Positions 39,511 through 53,716 of a DNA stretch of 64,000 nt are shown in pieces. The notes below the pieces were generated by a model. The model saw only the letters and a program-made list of their open reading frames with translations. It ran no database searches and was not told the origin of the DNA. The position numbers were made by a program, and so were the translations under genes. This DNA comes from Hypanus sabinus (taxonomy: Eukaryota). Positions within the stretch are counted from its first letter, which is position 1. The number at the start of each line of letters is the position of its first letter. Location of the stretch: NCBI RefSeq assembly GCF_030144855.1, contig NC_082709.1, positions 159,216,001 through 159,280,000 of the forward strand, given 5' to 3'.

Positions 39511-40159
39511 AGAGAAGGCATAGATAGTGTGCGCCTTTTGCCCATGGCGACAATGACTAACACGAGAGGGCATACTTTAAAGGCGAAGGAGGAAAATATG
39601 GGGGTGGGATATCAGAGGTTTTTTTTAAAATAGACAGAAAAAGGTCGGTGCATGAAGCGCACAGCCCGGGTGGCGGTAGAAGCAGATGCATTAGATAAGC
39701 ACATCGATTAAAGTAAAATGGAGGCTTATGAGGGAGGGAAGAGTTAGGTTAAAAGGTTAGCTATGTTGCATTCTAGAAATGTATCGCTCAACTCAGAACG
39801 GACTTAATGATTGCACAGGCACAATACCGGAACTTACTGTACTGCATTTGCTTATAGAAACCCGATTAATTTAAAATACTAAATGCAACAAAACTTCACG
39901 ATTGTAATGGACCGACGACAAATTGCATTCAGAAGGTGGTGACATGCCAAAAAGCACAGAAAAAAATCTAAAAGACTCGATGAATATTTCTGTCAATTAT
40001 CCGGCATTTGTTTACTACGTTATCATTCACATTTTAATGAAAAGAGTAGAAGGCGCCTTGCTCAGAAACGGAGTCTATATTTGCATGAACAAAAATCATT
40101 CCGAACCTGTTAGACAAATGAAGTTCTGGCTGAGAGTCTGAAATGAAATTAAGAGCCCA

Positions 40160-40703
40160 AAACCTGGCCGGATGTCAACCCATGAAACCCTCTCCACTTC
40201 ACGTGGTGCCTGTCCGTCCCTTTCAGCTCCCCTTCTTTCCGCAAACTCTCCTCACGGTCAAAACAGCACGTTACACGGAAAATCTGGCAGGTTCTCTTGG
40301 GAAAAAAAACAAAATCAGCGTTTCATGTTAACTATGGAATTGCTCTAGTAACCTTGTGTAATCTGCGACAGATGCGTTTAACTAAGAACCGTAATTAACA
40401 ACACACACAAAATGCTGGAGGAACTCACCGGGCCGTCATCAGCAGTTCTTATTTAACAGCAAAAATATGATAGAGTTTATATGCGCGCAAGCATTTTTAA
40501 GAAATTTTATATTAATGTAGTCGTGGAATAGGCTATTCCTGATTGCGTGAAAATCACTTTGATCGAATTCCCTTGAAATGTGTTCCCGGGGAATGATTTT
40601 GATGCCGCCACGGATTAACATCCGGTTCGATTAGTTCCCGCCCGGTTACTGAGAGGACGCTGTAGTAACTCTTCATTTCAATTAGCCTCCTAGTACTGAG
40701 ACT
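40160..40703. promoter_or_regulatory. Putative shared (bidirectional) CpG-rich promoter of TRMT10C and TXNL4B
   Basis: The main CpG-rich interval between the two divergent genes. E2F-like TTCCCGCC at 40635-40642. Minus-strand donor CCG|GTGAGT at 40429/40428. Confidence 0.65.
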
Positions 40704-40835
40704 ATGAGCTTGTTCCTGCCAAAGTTACAAACTAAGAAAGATGTCGATCATATTATAAAGACTGTGGCGGAGAGGGTGCTGGTTCTAAGATTTGGCCGCG
40801 ATCAGGACCCGGTCTGTCTGCAACTCGATGAAATT
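40704..40835 (+). CDS. TXNL4B: TXNL4B coding exon 1
   Basis: ATGAGCTTG...GAAATT|gtcagt; 44 codons. Confidence 0.95.
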
Positions 40836-43800
40836 GTCAGTAAATTAAACAAAACCATTTCTCTTGTCGTATAATGTACGTTGTCACGGCAATGCAGTAC
40901 TGTGGGAATGTTGAATATGCGGTCTATCAAACAAGACCATTGGGAACTTTCGTGGAAAATGGGTGCAATTACTCAAAATACTAGAATCACAGAAAAATAA
41001 GTAATCTGCTTTTTTGTGCCGCGTTGCAGCATAGAGATATTTTAGTGATGGCCGTTATTATTTCAGAAGTGATTTTTTATGTATGAGATTTGAGGATTAT
41101 TGGCAATAATAAAGCACATTCATCTGATGTCCAACTCCCAGTCAGGTAGGCCAGTTTATCTGTCTACCTGGAAATGCCAACGCGCAAGTTTTAAAATTAT
41201 AATCGTTTTCGGACTCCTTTGTGGCGTCATTCTTCACTGTCACCCATCTTGGATCCTCGTACTTAACCAACTCTGTTCATTTTCATTAAACATGGCTTTG
41301 TGCGTGGTAAGTCATGTCTAACCAATCTTAAGGTAGTTACTAGGAAAGTTGATGAAGGCAAGGCTGTCGTGTTTTTACTGATTTGACATGGGCGGTTCGT
41401 CAAGAAGGTTCAAGTCACTTGGCATTCAAGATGAGGTAGTAAATTGGCATAGCAGAAGTCGTCAAAACACTGGTTGTAGATGGTTGCCTCTCTGGCTGGA
41501 GACCTGTGCATTGTATTGCGGCCGCAAAGTTAACAAATTTCATGACATATGCCAGTGATATTAAACCAGATTCTGATTCTAGTAAATTGGACCAGCAAAT
41601 TTGTGGATGACACCTAGATCGGGGGTGTAGTGTACTTCAAGGAAGACTATCAAAGCTTGCAGTGGGATTTGGACCAGCTGGAAAAATGGAATGAAAACTG
41701 ACAGATGGTATTCAATGCAGACAAGTGCACTTTAGGAGGATCAACCAGGTGAGCTGGAGGGCACTGAGGTGTGCAGTAGTATAGAGGGATCTAGGAATAC
41801 AGGTCCATAATTCCTTGAAAGTGGCGTCACAGTTAGATAGGGTCATCAAGAACTTTTGGCACATGGGCCTTCATAAATCAATGTATTGAGTACAAAAAAT
41901 TGTATAGGATGATGGTGAGGCCTAATTTGGAATATTGTGTGCAGTTTTGATCACCAATCTACAGGAAAAATGTAAATAAGATTGAAAATACGCACAGAAA
42001 ATTCACAAGGATGTTGCCGGGATTTGACCTAAGTTATAGGAGAAGATTGAACAGGTTAGGACTTTATTCTCTACAACATAGAATACTGAGGGCAGATTTG
42101 ATAGAGGTATATAAAATTATAAGGGTATTGACAGAAAAAATACAAGCAGGGTTTTTCCACTGAGATTGGGTGAGACAAGAACTAGAGGGCATGGGTTAAG
42201 AGTGAAGGGTAAAATATTTAAGGGCAATATGAGGGAGAAATTCTTCACTCAGAGGGTGGTGAGAGTGTGGAATGAGCTGCCAGCACAAGTAGAGAATGCA
42301 AGGTTGATCCCATCATTTAGGAGAAATTTGAATAGGTACGTGGATGGTAGGGGTATGGAGGACTATGGTCCAGGTGCAGGTCTACGGCACTAGGCAGATT
42401 AATGGTTCGGCACAGACTAAATGGGCCAAGGGGTGTGTTTCTGTGTTGTGCTTTGCTATGACTCAATCCATCCTGATTTTAATAATTTTGGCATGAATGC
42501 CTTCAACAGTCTCAGCACCAGCCTCTGGGATTCCCTCTGCTCACTTTTTTAGTGCTCTCAACAGAGTCTTTGAAGACTGCTCCTTGACAATGTTTTTGTG
42601 GTCATCTCAGTTAACCTGCCTTACTCCTTTCTTAACTATAACACTCTTTACTCTCACTATAAAAATAGTAGTGGGAGAGAGAAGGAGAAATTCTGACCTG
42701 TTAGCTTAACATCAGAAGCAGAGGAAATGCTGGAGCCCATGTTGATGAGAACAGGAGGGTATAATAGGATTGAACAGAGACAGCATGGATTTATGAATGA
42801 AAAATTGTATTGGACTGATCTATTAATGTGAGTAGTTGAAAGGATAATGGGGGGAAGGTGTTTGTGATGTATTTAAATTTTAGTAAAAGTGAATTACTCC
42901 CTTTAAATGAATCTATCTATGATAATATTCCTTTTAAAGTTATGGATTCTTTTAGATATTTTGGTGTCATAATTACTAAAAAATGTAAGGATCTTTATAA
43001 AGCCAATTTTCCTCCTTTAGTGGACTCTATGAAATACTCATTTAGTAGATGGAGCCCACTTACATTTTCACTTGTTGGTCGTATTCATGTAGTTAAAATG
43101 ATTATTTTACCAACATTTTTTATTTTTGTTTCAGAATATTCTTGTTTTCTTGATTAAGAAGTTTTTTGATCAGATTGATTATTATTCTATCTTTTATTTG
43201 GGATAATAAAAGACCAAGAATTAGTAAATGTTATTTACAAAAGTTGAAAAAGGATGGAGGTCTCGTTTTGCCTAATCTAAGAATGTATTATTGGGCTGTT
43301 AATTTGCGATATATTGTCTTTTGGTTATATTGGGGTAATAGGAATGATCAGCCAATTTGGGTAGACCTGGAACTGAGAGCTGTGAAACAGTTTTATTTAA
43401 CTTCGTTATTAGGAGTTGCTCTGCCTATACAATTAGCTAAAAGTTGCTCATTTAAACCTATATCCTGTGGTTAAGCATTCTTTACAAATTTGGCTCCAGT
43501 TCCGCAATTTTTTTAATCTTAAAAAATTTAAACTTTGTAGCATAATTTATTGTAATTACTTTTTTAAACCTTCCTGGAGTGATCCGATTTTTTTACTTTG
43601 GAAAAATAAAGGTATAAATTCTTTTTTGGATTTATTTAAAGAAGGCAGATTGATGTCTTTTGAACAATTAGTCGATAAATATTCTCTCTCGTAATCACAC
43701 TTTTTTACAATATCTTCAAGTCAGACATTTTATACAAAAAATATTTAAGTAATTTTCCTTACATATTGGAGGCTGACTTGTTAGATACGATTATGAATAT

Positions 43801-46800
43801 GAACCCTTCGTTAAAAGGTTCTATTGGAAGAATTTATAATTTATTACTACATTGGGATCTTAAGTCCTTTACTTAAGATTAAACAGGATTGGAAGAAGGA
43901 ACTCAATTTGACTTTTATATGGGAGGATTGGACATGGATTCTGAAGCTGGTTAACTCCTCTTCGATCTGCGCTGATCATTCACTGATTCAATTTAAAATT
44001 GTACATCGTTATCATTTGACGAAGGAGAGACTTTCTAAAATATTTCCCAATGTTGACAAGTATTGTGATAGATGTAAAACTGAGATAGCTACACTGACAC
44101 ATATGTTCTGGTCATGTTCTATATTAAAACAGGTTTGGACGTCAGTCTTTTCGACAATTTCTAAAGCACTCAGAGTCAACTTACAACCTAATAAATTGAC
44201 TGTGCTTTTTGGAATAATTCCTCTAAATATCCATGGTATTTCTGTGTCTGACCAACATGTTATTGCATTTTTACATTGATAGCTAGGAGGGCCATCTTGT
44301 TGAAATGGAAGGATATATCAGCTCCTACTTTGACACAATGGTTCTCTCAAGTGATGCTGTATCTTAGCTTGGAGAAAATTAGAAGTCAAACCTTTGAACC
44401 TTTATTTGATTTTGAGAAGAGATGGGGCTCATTTGCTCGTTATTATCATTTCAGTTAACTGATAGATTTCCTCCACGATCTAAGTGTAATTTTTTTTTCT
44501 TGATGTATCTTTCTTTCTTGATGGCAGCTTGATGTTTATTTCTAGAAGTTTTCTGTATGACGCATGGCTCCGGGGTCGTACCTCCAATGGGTTTCTCTTT
44601 TTTTCCCTCACTTTTCTTGCTTAGTAGGGTTTTTTTAAATTCACAAAAATTTTCAATCTTTAAGATAATTTCGTTTTTTGAGGCATTGTAAGTGTTGATA
44701 CTTCAATGTACCTGTGTTATTTTTGAATAATAATAATAAAATGATTTGAAAAGAAAAAGAAATTTTGAGGTGGTTTTTGAACTGGTCTCACACTGAACAG
44801 TGATCACCAAGTTTAAAAAACGTGGAACTGGGATAGCATGACATAGAATGGCAACTAGTTTACAGACAGGTTAACGAGGGCTTAGCTGAATTAGGTGATT
44901 TGATTCAGACTTTTGAGATCCTGAAATGTCGAGACTGTGTGGAGTTGGAGGAGGTGTTTTCTCTTGTAAAGCTAGTCTAGAAGAGAGGTTCCCAACCTTA
45001 TTTTATGCCATGAAGCCTTACCATTAACTGAGGGTTTATGGACCTCTGGTCTAGAACTACGGGTCACTGTTCAAAAATAAGTAATTGCCCACTTAAGATA
45101 GGTGAGGCAGATATGGATGAAGCAAACAAATGTCATATTTCCATGTTTGCTGATCCAAAACTAGTTGGGATTCTGTGTAGGGAAGAAGCTGTAAAGACGT
45201 TGCACAGGGATATAGGCAAACTAGGCGAGTGAATAAGATTATGTAAGATGAAATATAAGGTGGTAAAATTTGAGGTCATTTATTTCAGAATAGTGGAGTA
45301 TTTTTAAATGACAGCAAGTTTGGAAGTAATGGTGTTCAAAAGGCCCAGTAGAGTCCGAAAGCAAATGTAGGTACAAGAAGCATTTAGAAAGCAAATGGTA
45401 CATCATTTTGGCCTGTATTGTGAAAGGATTTGACTACAGCTTCATTGCAATTATTTACTGTCTTCGTAAGATCACACTTGGGATTGCTGTGCATCGTTGA
45501 GGTCTTCTTACCTAAAGAGATATATTGCAAGAGAGGGAGGATAATGAAGATTCAGCAAAGTAGTTCCTGCACTGGCAAGTTTGGTCTATATACTGTAGAG
45601 TTTAGAAGAATGAATGATAAATCAGTCATACAGAATTCTTACAAGGCTTGATTGTGTGGATGTTTCTTCTGTCTGAAAATCTAGAATCAAGGATCCTGGG
45701 TTCAAAATAGGGGAGACACCATTTAGGATAAGATGTAGAGAGAGTTCTTCACACAGGTGGTAGATCTTTGCTATTCTCTACCTTGGACAGCTATGGTAGT
45801 TCTTGTCAAATAATTCATTGAAAAGAGTTCTAGATATTAAGAAAATCAAGGGACAAGATAATAGGGAGAATCCAAGAAAACTGAACAGGGATAGATAAAA
45901 ATGATGATCTTGACAGATGCCAAGACTCAAAAAGCCAGCTGGTGTACTCCTGGTTCTTACATTCTTGTTTCCTGGCATCAGCTTTGGTTTAGTATCCCAC
46001 TTGGGAAACTGCTGAAATATTTTACTAATTAATACAATAGAAAGGAATTGTTATTGATACAAAATTTAGGCCATAATTTATGAAAGAATCTGCTATTAGT
46101 TTGACTTGACCTTATAGATTTAGGGTTATATAAAAGTTGCTTGGGGCAAGGATATTGATGGAATTTTACCTCAGCAGGCCATCAGTAACTTGTTTTGTGA
46201 AAGGAAAATGATGGTTAAAATGTTTTTGCATTCCATTAGCATATCATTGTTAACCTACAATACCTGTCATATATCAACACATTGCTTACTCCTTCAGGGT
46301 GAGGGAAGATGTTTTTGAAATGCCTGTTCTCAAAAAGAGCATTTTCTGTTCTAAAGGCAGTTCTTTTTAATACTCTATGAAGCAAACTTCCAGAAAGTTT
46401 TCACAATATTTGAAGCTGCTTTGTGTTTAAGATCCCCTTTTCTACAATACCTTGTACCCCCAACTCTGGATATTATCTTATTTTGTAATATTCAAGTACA
46501 ACTCAAGATCAATTTTTCTCACTCGTGAAAGCCAGAAATCATTGGCAGCAGTAGGCAATTGGCTGAGCTTATTAAATATAAACTGGAAAGAACAAAATTG
46601 TAGGAGTTATCTGAAATTAGGATATTAACCCAAATTTATTTTAATTTACAAACTAGTAAGCATATCTCCAAATGAAACCAAAATAATCCATAGTTGAGAA
46701 ACTTGTTTTTCTAAAATGCTTTCTAAGGTAGATGTGTCACTTCCGATATTTTCTTAATATAACATTTTATTTTTTTTTCATTATTCTACAAGCTTTCAAA

Positions 46801-48750
46801 GACTGCTCATGATCTGAGTAAAATGGCAGCTATTTACCTCGTGGATGTTGACTGTGTGCCGATATATACCCGCTACTTTGATATCAGCTACATTCCTTCT
46901 ACAGTGTTCTTCTTCAATGGCCAACATATGAAAGTGGATTATGGGTAAGATATTGTTTCTACAATTAAAGTATGGAGGTGCAGGTATAATAATTGAGGCT
47001 TCCAAGTTGCATTATTGAATGGGAGAAACAGTTTATAAAAGGATATCTGCTTTTCACTTTCTCTTTAAGTTAACAGTCTTGTCGGTTACACTGTAGTTTT
47101 TGTAATATTTTTCAATAACTAGCTACCTCTAAATCCATTGCTGTAGTTGAAGATTACATTTGCATTTGCCCACAGTAGGTTTTATCCTCCAAAGCCTTGC
47201 TTATTGAAGTACCTGTCAAAATACTTTAGTAATTTTTTCTGACTCCACCTCCTCAGCAGAATGTTCCAGATATTAACTACCCTCTGTAAAGAAAAATAAT
47301 CCTCAGATCACCTTTAAAATTCTTCTCACCTTTAACCTATGACCTTTGCTTATGAAACCCTAACACAGAAAAAGGGGTGTCTACCTTCTCTACCTATGCC
47401 TCTCAATCATATACATTTCAATATGTTCTCTCCCATAGCTAAAGTCTTCCAATCTGGCAACATCCTATTAAATATTCTCTCCATTTGGCAATACTGAGAT
47501 TGTGGGACAGGTCCATCAGTACTGGTACAAAAGTAAAAGAGACAAAATGGTGATAGGAAGACCCAAAAACTGAGGATGATCACTGCACCACAACATTGAT
47601 GGGTGTCTCTTTCAGCAAATGTTGCTTAACTGGATGAATTCTTCTAGCATTTCTGGTTTTGTTTCAAATTCCAGCATCTTCAGGGCTGGAAACGAAGGGG
47701 GAAGATGCCAGAGTAAAAAGGTGGTGGGAGGGAAAGAAGGATAACCAAAAGGTGATAGGTGAAGCCAGGTGGGTGGGAAAGGTAGGGGCTGGAGATGCAG
47801 GAACCTGATAGAGTGGACCATGGAAGGAGGTGGGGACCTAGGAGGGGGTGTAAACTGGTAGAGAAGAGGTTAAAGGACAGAGTGGGGAATAGAAGAAGAG
47901 GGGAAGGGTATTTTTTTTAAACCAAAAGGAGAAATTGATATTCATGCCATCAGGTTGGATGACACACAGCTGGAATATAAGCATCTTCTCTAACAGCTTT
48001 CTGACACTGTTCCTTATCTGGGTTTTGATGAAACACTTCATTGCATGTAAACAAAGGGATAAGATTAGTTTTACATTCCACTAGAAACTTCATAACCATG
48101 GTATCAATTGCATTCCACCTCTCTTTTATCTTTATATTCTAATTAACTCCAAACTGAGTTTTCTTCCCTCTGTTAGCTCCATCAAAAGCCCATCCACTTC
48201 CCCCTTTAACATGTCTGGTTCCACCATTCTATTGATATCTGTTACTCAATCCTCATTCAGTTTGGATTTAACTATTTTAACTATTCTAATGCTCTGTGGA
48301 ATAGACTTTCATCCCCTATCCCTTGCCTCAATCAACTTCATCTATTCCAAAATTTCACTCTTAACCCTAAACCTATCCTTTTGTTAAAATCATGTTAGGC
48401 TATGCCATCCCACATATTTTTACTTTCAATCACAAGTTTCCATGGCTCTGACTATCTTTAATGCCTTCAGCCTTATTCTCTCGAGTTCCTTCAGTGTCTG
48501 CTTACTTGTTCGTGAAGTGCTTTGGATCATTGTAAATTGTGGACACAATAGCAAACTCAAGTGTTTACTCTTTTTTTTTTTAAGGTCTCCAGACCATACA
48601 AAGTTTGTTGGGTGTTTCAAAACCAAGCAAGACTTCATAGATTTAATTGAAGTAATATTCCGAGGAGCAATGCGTGGGAAGTTAATAGTACACAGCCCTA
48701 TTGATCCAAGGAACATCCCAAAGTATGACCTCCTTTATCATGGCATCTGA
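40704..48750 (+). CDS. TXNL4B: Thioredoxin-like protein 4B (Dim2/DLP); join(40704..40835,46793..46944,48585..48750), 149 aa
   Basis: MSLFLPKL...[40 protein letters not shown]...[71 protein letters not shown] introns; 450 nt; AATAAA at 49128. Confidence 0.97.
41320..42462 (+). mobile_element. CR1/HER1-type LINE 3' portion in TXNL4B intron 1
   Basis: [42 protein letters not shown]; 3' UTR. Confidence 0.85.
42882..44759 (+). mobile_element. L1/Tx1-clade LINE, 5'-truncated, with 3' UTR and A-rich tail
   Basis: [41 protein letters not shown] motif CDRC...HMFWSC. AATAAA plus A-tail at 44735-44760. Possible TSD AAATTTT at 42875-42881 and 44760-44766. Confidence 0.9.
44983..45048. mobile_element. 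hAT-Charlie MITE with 8-bp TSD
   Basis: TSD GTCTAGAA at 44975-44982 and 45049-45056; homologous to 966-1045. Confidence 0.7.
45100..45970 (+). mobile_element. Old degraded CR1 fragment
   Basis: ISMFADPKL and VRSHLG remnants; CR1-like 3' end. Confidence 0.6.
46793..46944 (+). CDS. TXNL4B: TXNL4B coding exon 2
   Basis: ctacaag|CTTTCA...TATGG|gtaaga. Confidence 0.96.
47610..47995 (-). mobile_element. PLE 3' remnant with inverted pseudo-LTR piece
   Basis: Purine-rich tract and ATATTCATGCCATCAGGTTGGA are homologous to the other PLE copies. Confidence 0.6.
48585..48750 (+). CDS. TXNL4B: TXNL4B coding exon 3
   Basis: ttttaag|GTCTCCA...ATCTGA. Confidence 0.96.
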
Positions 48751-50387
48751 ATGCACCAGCTGGCTGTTGAACTTTACAATTACTTCATGGAAACAACTTT
48801 GGTGATTTGTAATCAAATACTCCTCAGACAATGAGGAACTTTGAAATGTTTGTTAAATACTTATCCAGTTCTTGCAATTAATCAACAAAAGACTTGGAAG
48901 AAATCCACAAACAGCACTTTCCAGAGCTTCTGCTCCACAATTGTTTGGAATTTCACAATCCCAGAACTCCAGACCTCTGCTGATTAGAAAAGTTGCTGCC
49001 ACAATTTGATCTTTGGAGAAATGATTCACGTACTCTGGTTATTGAATTTTTTTGTCAGCAACGTGATTTCCTTATTCTTGAAAAGCAAAAAAAAAAGCTA
49101 CACAAGTAGCTTTGGCATAACTTGTGAAATAAAACAAAATGCTGTAAGTAGCCTGTCAGATAGCATCTATGAAAAGAGAAAAACTGAGCGAATGAATTGC
49201 TAGTTCTGATCAGGCAGGAAGGCCGGTTGTCTTAAATCAGTGATTTAATGTTAAGTCCTAAAATGGCAATGACTATAATTTGTTTCTTGAACTTAAAAGA
49301 CCAAAGACAGATCAGAATGGGAATGGGACAGATTTAAAATTACAGGCAACAAAAGCTCAGGTCACCACGATGATTTGAACAGATGTTCTGTAAAGCAGTC
49401 ACACAATTTGTGTTTCAATCATAAACAAGAGAAAATCTGGAGATGCTGGAAATCCAAGCAACACAAACAAAATGCTGGAGGAACTCAGCAGGCCAGGCAG
49501 CATCCATGGAAAAGAGTACAGTCAACGGTTCGGGCTGAGACCCTTCATCACGACTGGAGAAAAAAAGATGAGGTGTCAGAGTTTAAGGTGGTGAGAGCAG
49601 AGGAAGAGCTACAAGGTCATAAATGAACTGGGAGGAGGGGAGGGGTGAAGTAAAGAGCTGGGAAGTTAATTGGTGAAAGCGATGCTGGGCTGGAGAAGGG
49701 GAATTCTGATAGGAAAGAACAGAAGGCAATGGAAGAAAAAAAGGAGAGGAGCATCAGAGGGAGGCGATGGGCAGGTAAGGAGATAAGGTGAGAGGGGAGC
49801 TAGGAATGGGGAATGGTGGGGGGGGGGGGAATAGAATGGGCATTACCAGAAGTTCAAGAACTCGAGGTTCATGTCATCAGTTTGGAGGCTACTCAGACAA
49901 ACTACAAAGTGCTGCTCCTCCAATCTGAGTGTGGCCTCATCATGACAGTAGAGGTAGCCATGGACTGACATGCTGGAATGTGAAGTGGAATTAAAATGGG
50001 TGGCCATGGGGATATGCCGCGTTCTCTGGGGGACAGAGCGTAGGAGCTCAGCAAAGTATTCTCCTAATGCAAGTCGGGTCACACCAATATACAGGAGGCC
50101 ACACCAGCAGCACCGGATACAGTAGAAGACCCCAATAGACATGCAGGTGAAGTGTTGCCTTATCTGGAAAGACTTTCGGGCCCTGAATGGTAGTAAAAAT
50201 GCCATCTCCTTCTCTCAATCCCTCTGTCTCTGCCACATATTGTCTCAGGATGAGGCTTTTCATTCTAGTGAGAAGGAGATGTCCTCTTTCAAAGAAACGG
50301 GCTTCACTTTCTTTGAAGGCAACACTTCACCCGTCCGTTGGGGTCTTTTATTGTATCCGGTGCTCCTGGTGTGGCCTCCTGTACATC

Positions 50388-53293
50388 ACAAGACCATAAG
50401 ACACAAGAGCTGAATTAAGCCATTCAGCCCATCGAGTCTGCTCTGCCATTCCATCATGGCTGATCCAGGATCCCACTCAATCCCATACACCTGCCTTCTT
50501 GCCATATCATTTGATGCCCTGACTGATCAGGAAACAATCAACTTCTGCCTTAAGTATACATAGGTACTTGGCCTCTACCATAGACTGTGGCAGAGCATTC
50601 CATAGATTTACTACGCTGGCTAAAAATATTCCTTTTATCTCTGTTGTAAAGGGTCACCCCTCAATTTTGAGGCTGTGCCCTCTAGTTCTGGGTACCCCCA
50701 CCATAGGGAACATCCTCTCAACATACACCTTATCTAGTCCTTTCAACATGTGGTAGGTTTCAATATGATCCCCCATTCTTCTAGATTCCAGTGAGTACAG
50801 GCCCACAGCTACCAAACGTTCCTCATATCTTAACAACATCATTTCTGGAACCACCTCTGGACTCTCTCCAATGAGAATACATTCTTTTGAGATATGGGGC
50901 TCAAAATTATCAACTGAATTCGCAAATGCAGCCTGACTAGTGTCTTATAAAGCCTCAGCATTATCTCCTTGCTTTTATATTCTATTCCCCTTGAAATAAA
51001 TGCCAAAATTTCATTTGCCTTCTTTACCACAGAGTCAACCTATAAATTAATCTTCTGGGAGTCTTGCAGAAGGACTCCCAAGTCCCTCTGCACCTCTGAT
51101 GTTTGAACTTTCTCCCCATTTCGATAATAGTCTGCACCATTGTTCCTTTTACCAAAATGCATTGCATTTCCCAACACTGCATTCCATCTGCCACTTTCCC
51201 CCCATTCTTCCAATTTATCCAAGTCCTGTTACAATCACATTGCTTCCTCAGCACCATCTACCCCTCCACCTATCTTCATATCATCTGCAAACATTGCCAT
51301 AAAGCCATCAATTCCATTATCTAAATCACTGACAATGTGAAAAGTGGCAGTCCCAATACTAACCCTGGAGGAACACCACTGGCAACCAATCAGAAAAGGC
51401 CCTTTTTATTCCCACTCGCTGCCTCCTGCCTGTCAGCCATTCTTCTATCCATGCCAGGATCTTTCCTGTAACACCATGGGATGTTATCTTGTTAAGCAGC
51501 ATCATGTGTGTCATCTTATCAAATGCCTTCTGAAAATCCAAGTAAATGACATCCACTACCTCTTGTTTGTTACTTCCTTGAAGGACTCTAGCAGATTTGT
51601 CAGGCAAGATTTCCCTTCACAGAAGCTGTTCTGACTTCGACTTGTTTTATCATTAGTCTTTAAGTACCTCAAAACCTCATCCTTAATAACAGACTACAAC
51701 ACTTTACCAACCACTGGTCTATAATTCCCTTTCTTTTGCCTTCCTCCCTTCTTAAAGAGTGGAGTGACATTTGCAATCTTCCAGTCCTCCAGGACTATGC
51801 CAGAATCAAGTGATTCTTGAAAGATCATGAACAATGCATCTGTTTTCTTCAGTAATCTCACTCAGGATTCTGGAATATAGTCCATCTGGTCCAGGTGACT
51901 TATCCACCTCAGGACCTTTGAGTTTGCCCAGCACTTTTTCCCTTTGTAGTAGCAACGGCACTCACTCCTGCTCCATAACACTCAGACGACTGGCACACAG
52001 TGAGTGTCTTCCACACTGAATACAGATGCAAAGTACCCATTGTTCATCTGCCATTTCTTTGTTCCCCATTACTACTTCTCCAGCGGTCTAATATCAACTC
52101 TCACCTCCCTTTTACTCTATAAAACAAACAATTTTGGTATCCTGTTTTATATTATTGGCTAGTCTGCCCCTATATTTAATCTTTTCCCTTCTTATACTTT
52201 TTTTTGTAGCATTTTGTTGGATTTTAAAAGCTTCCCAACCATCCAACTTCCCTCTCACTTTTGCTACCTTATATGCCTGTACCTTGACTTTTATGTAGTC
52301 CTTAACTTCCTTTGTCAACCATGGTTGCCTACTACTGCCATTTGGAACTTCTTCCTCTGTGGGACACATCTATCCTGCACCTTGTGAACTTTTCCCAGAA
52401 ATTTCAGCCATGTCTGCTCTGCCGTCATCCCCGCCAGTATCCTCCTCCAATCCACCTGGGCAAGCTTGTCTCTCATGCCTCTGCAATTCCCTTTATTCCA
52501 CTGTGATACAGATACACGTGACTTGTACTTCCTCCCTCTCAAATGGCAGTATGAATTCAGTCATATTATGATCACTGTCCACTAAGGGTTCCTTTACCTT
52601 TATTTCCCTAATAAGGTCTGGATTATTACACAACATCCAATCTAAGATAGCCTTTCCCCGAGTAGGCTCAAACACAAGCTGCTCCAAACAGCCATCTCGT
52701 AATCATTCAACAAATTCCCTCTCTTGCGATCCAAAAGCAACCTGATTTTCCTAATCCCCTTGCATATTGAAATCTCCCATTACAATTGTGTCATTACCCT
52801 TATGTGCCTTTTCCTTCTCCCTTTGCAATCTCAACCCCAGATCTTGGCTACTTTTTGGAGGCCTATATTTTCATAATTTTTTTTAACTCATACAGTTTCT
52901 TAACTCCACCCAGAGATTCAACATTCTCTGTCCCCATATCTTTCTAAAGATCAATTCCATCTCTTCCCAACAGGGCCTCACCACTGCGTACACGTTCCTG
53001 CTTGACCTTTCAATACAAAGTATATCCTTTGATGTTAAGCTCCCAACTATGACCTTTCAGTCATAACTCAGTGATCCCACAACATAATACCAACCAATCT
53101 CTAATTGCGTCCACCTTATTTCAAATGCCACATGCATTTAAATACAGTACCTACAGTCCTGCATTCTTGCCCTTTTGAATTTTGCCTCTGTGGTACAAAT
53201 TAACTCTTTGCTCTGTTCGCAGTTTTATCCAATCATTGGCTTGTCCTTCCATCCATTTATGTTACACCCATCATCTAGTTGTAAACCTGCTGG
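50388..53293 (-). mobile_element. CR1-type LINE (2.9 kb) inserted in the PLE GIY-YIG motif
   Basis: EPTRGKAILDW, SDHNM (endonuclease), [33 protein letters not shown]. Confidence 0.92.
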
Positions 53294-53502
53294 CTATATC
53301 GGTGAGACCTAACGCAGACTGGGAGGCCACTTAGCTGAGCACCTACGCTCCATCCAGCAGAAAAAGCAGAATCTCCTCATGGCCACCCATTTTAATTCCA
53401 CTTCCCATTCCTATTCTGCCATGTCAATCCATGGCCTCCTCTACTGTTGTAATGAGGCTACTCTCAGGTTGCAGGAGCAACACCTTATATTCCATCTGGG
53501 TA

Positions 53503-53716
53503 ACCATATAACAACCACAGCACGGAAACAGGCCATCTCGACCCTCCTAGTCTGTGCCGAACTCTTAATCTCACCTAGTCCCACCTACCTGCACTCAGCC
53601 CATAACCCTCCACTCCTTTCCTGTCCATATACCTATCCAATTTTACCTTAAATGACACAACTGAACTGGCCTCTACTACTTCTACAGGAAGCTCATTCCA
53701 CACTAATAGCCTAGGT
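53503..53716 (-). mobile_element. CR1/HER1 3'-end insertion with 6-bp TSD
   Basis: TSD TGGGTA at 53497-53502 and 53717-53722. Confidence 0.7.
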
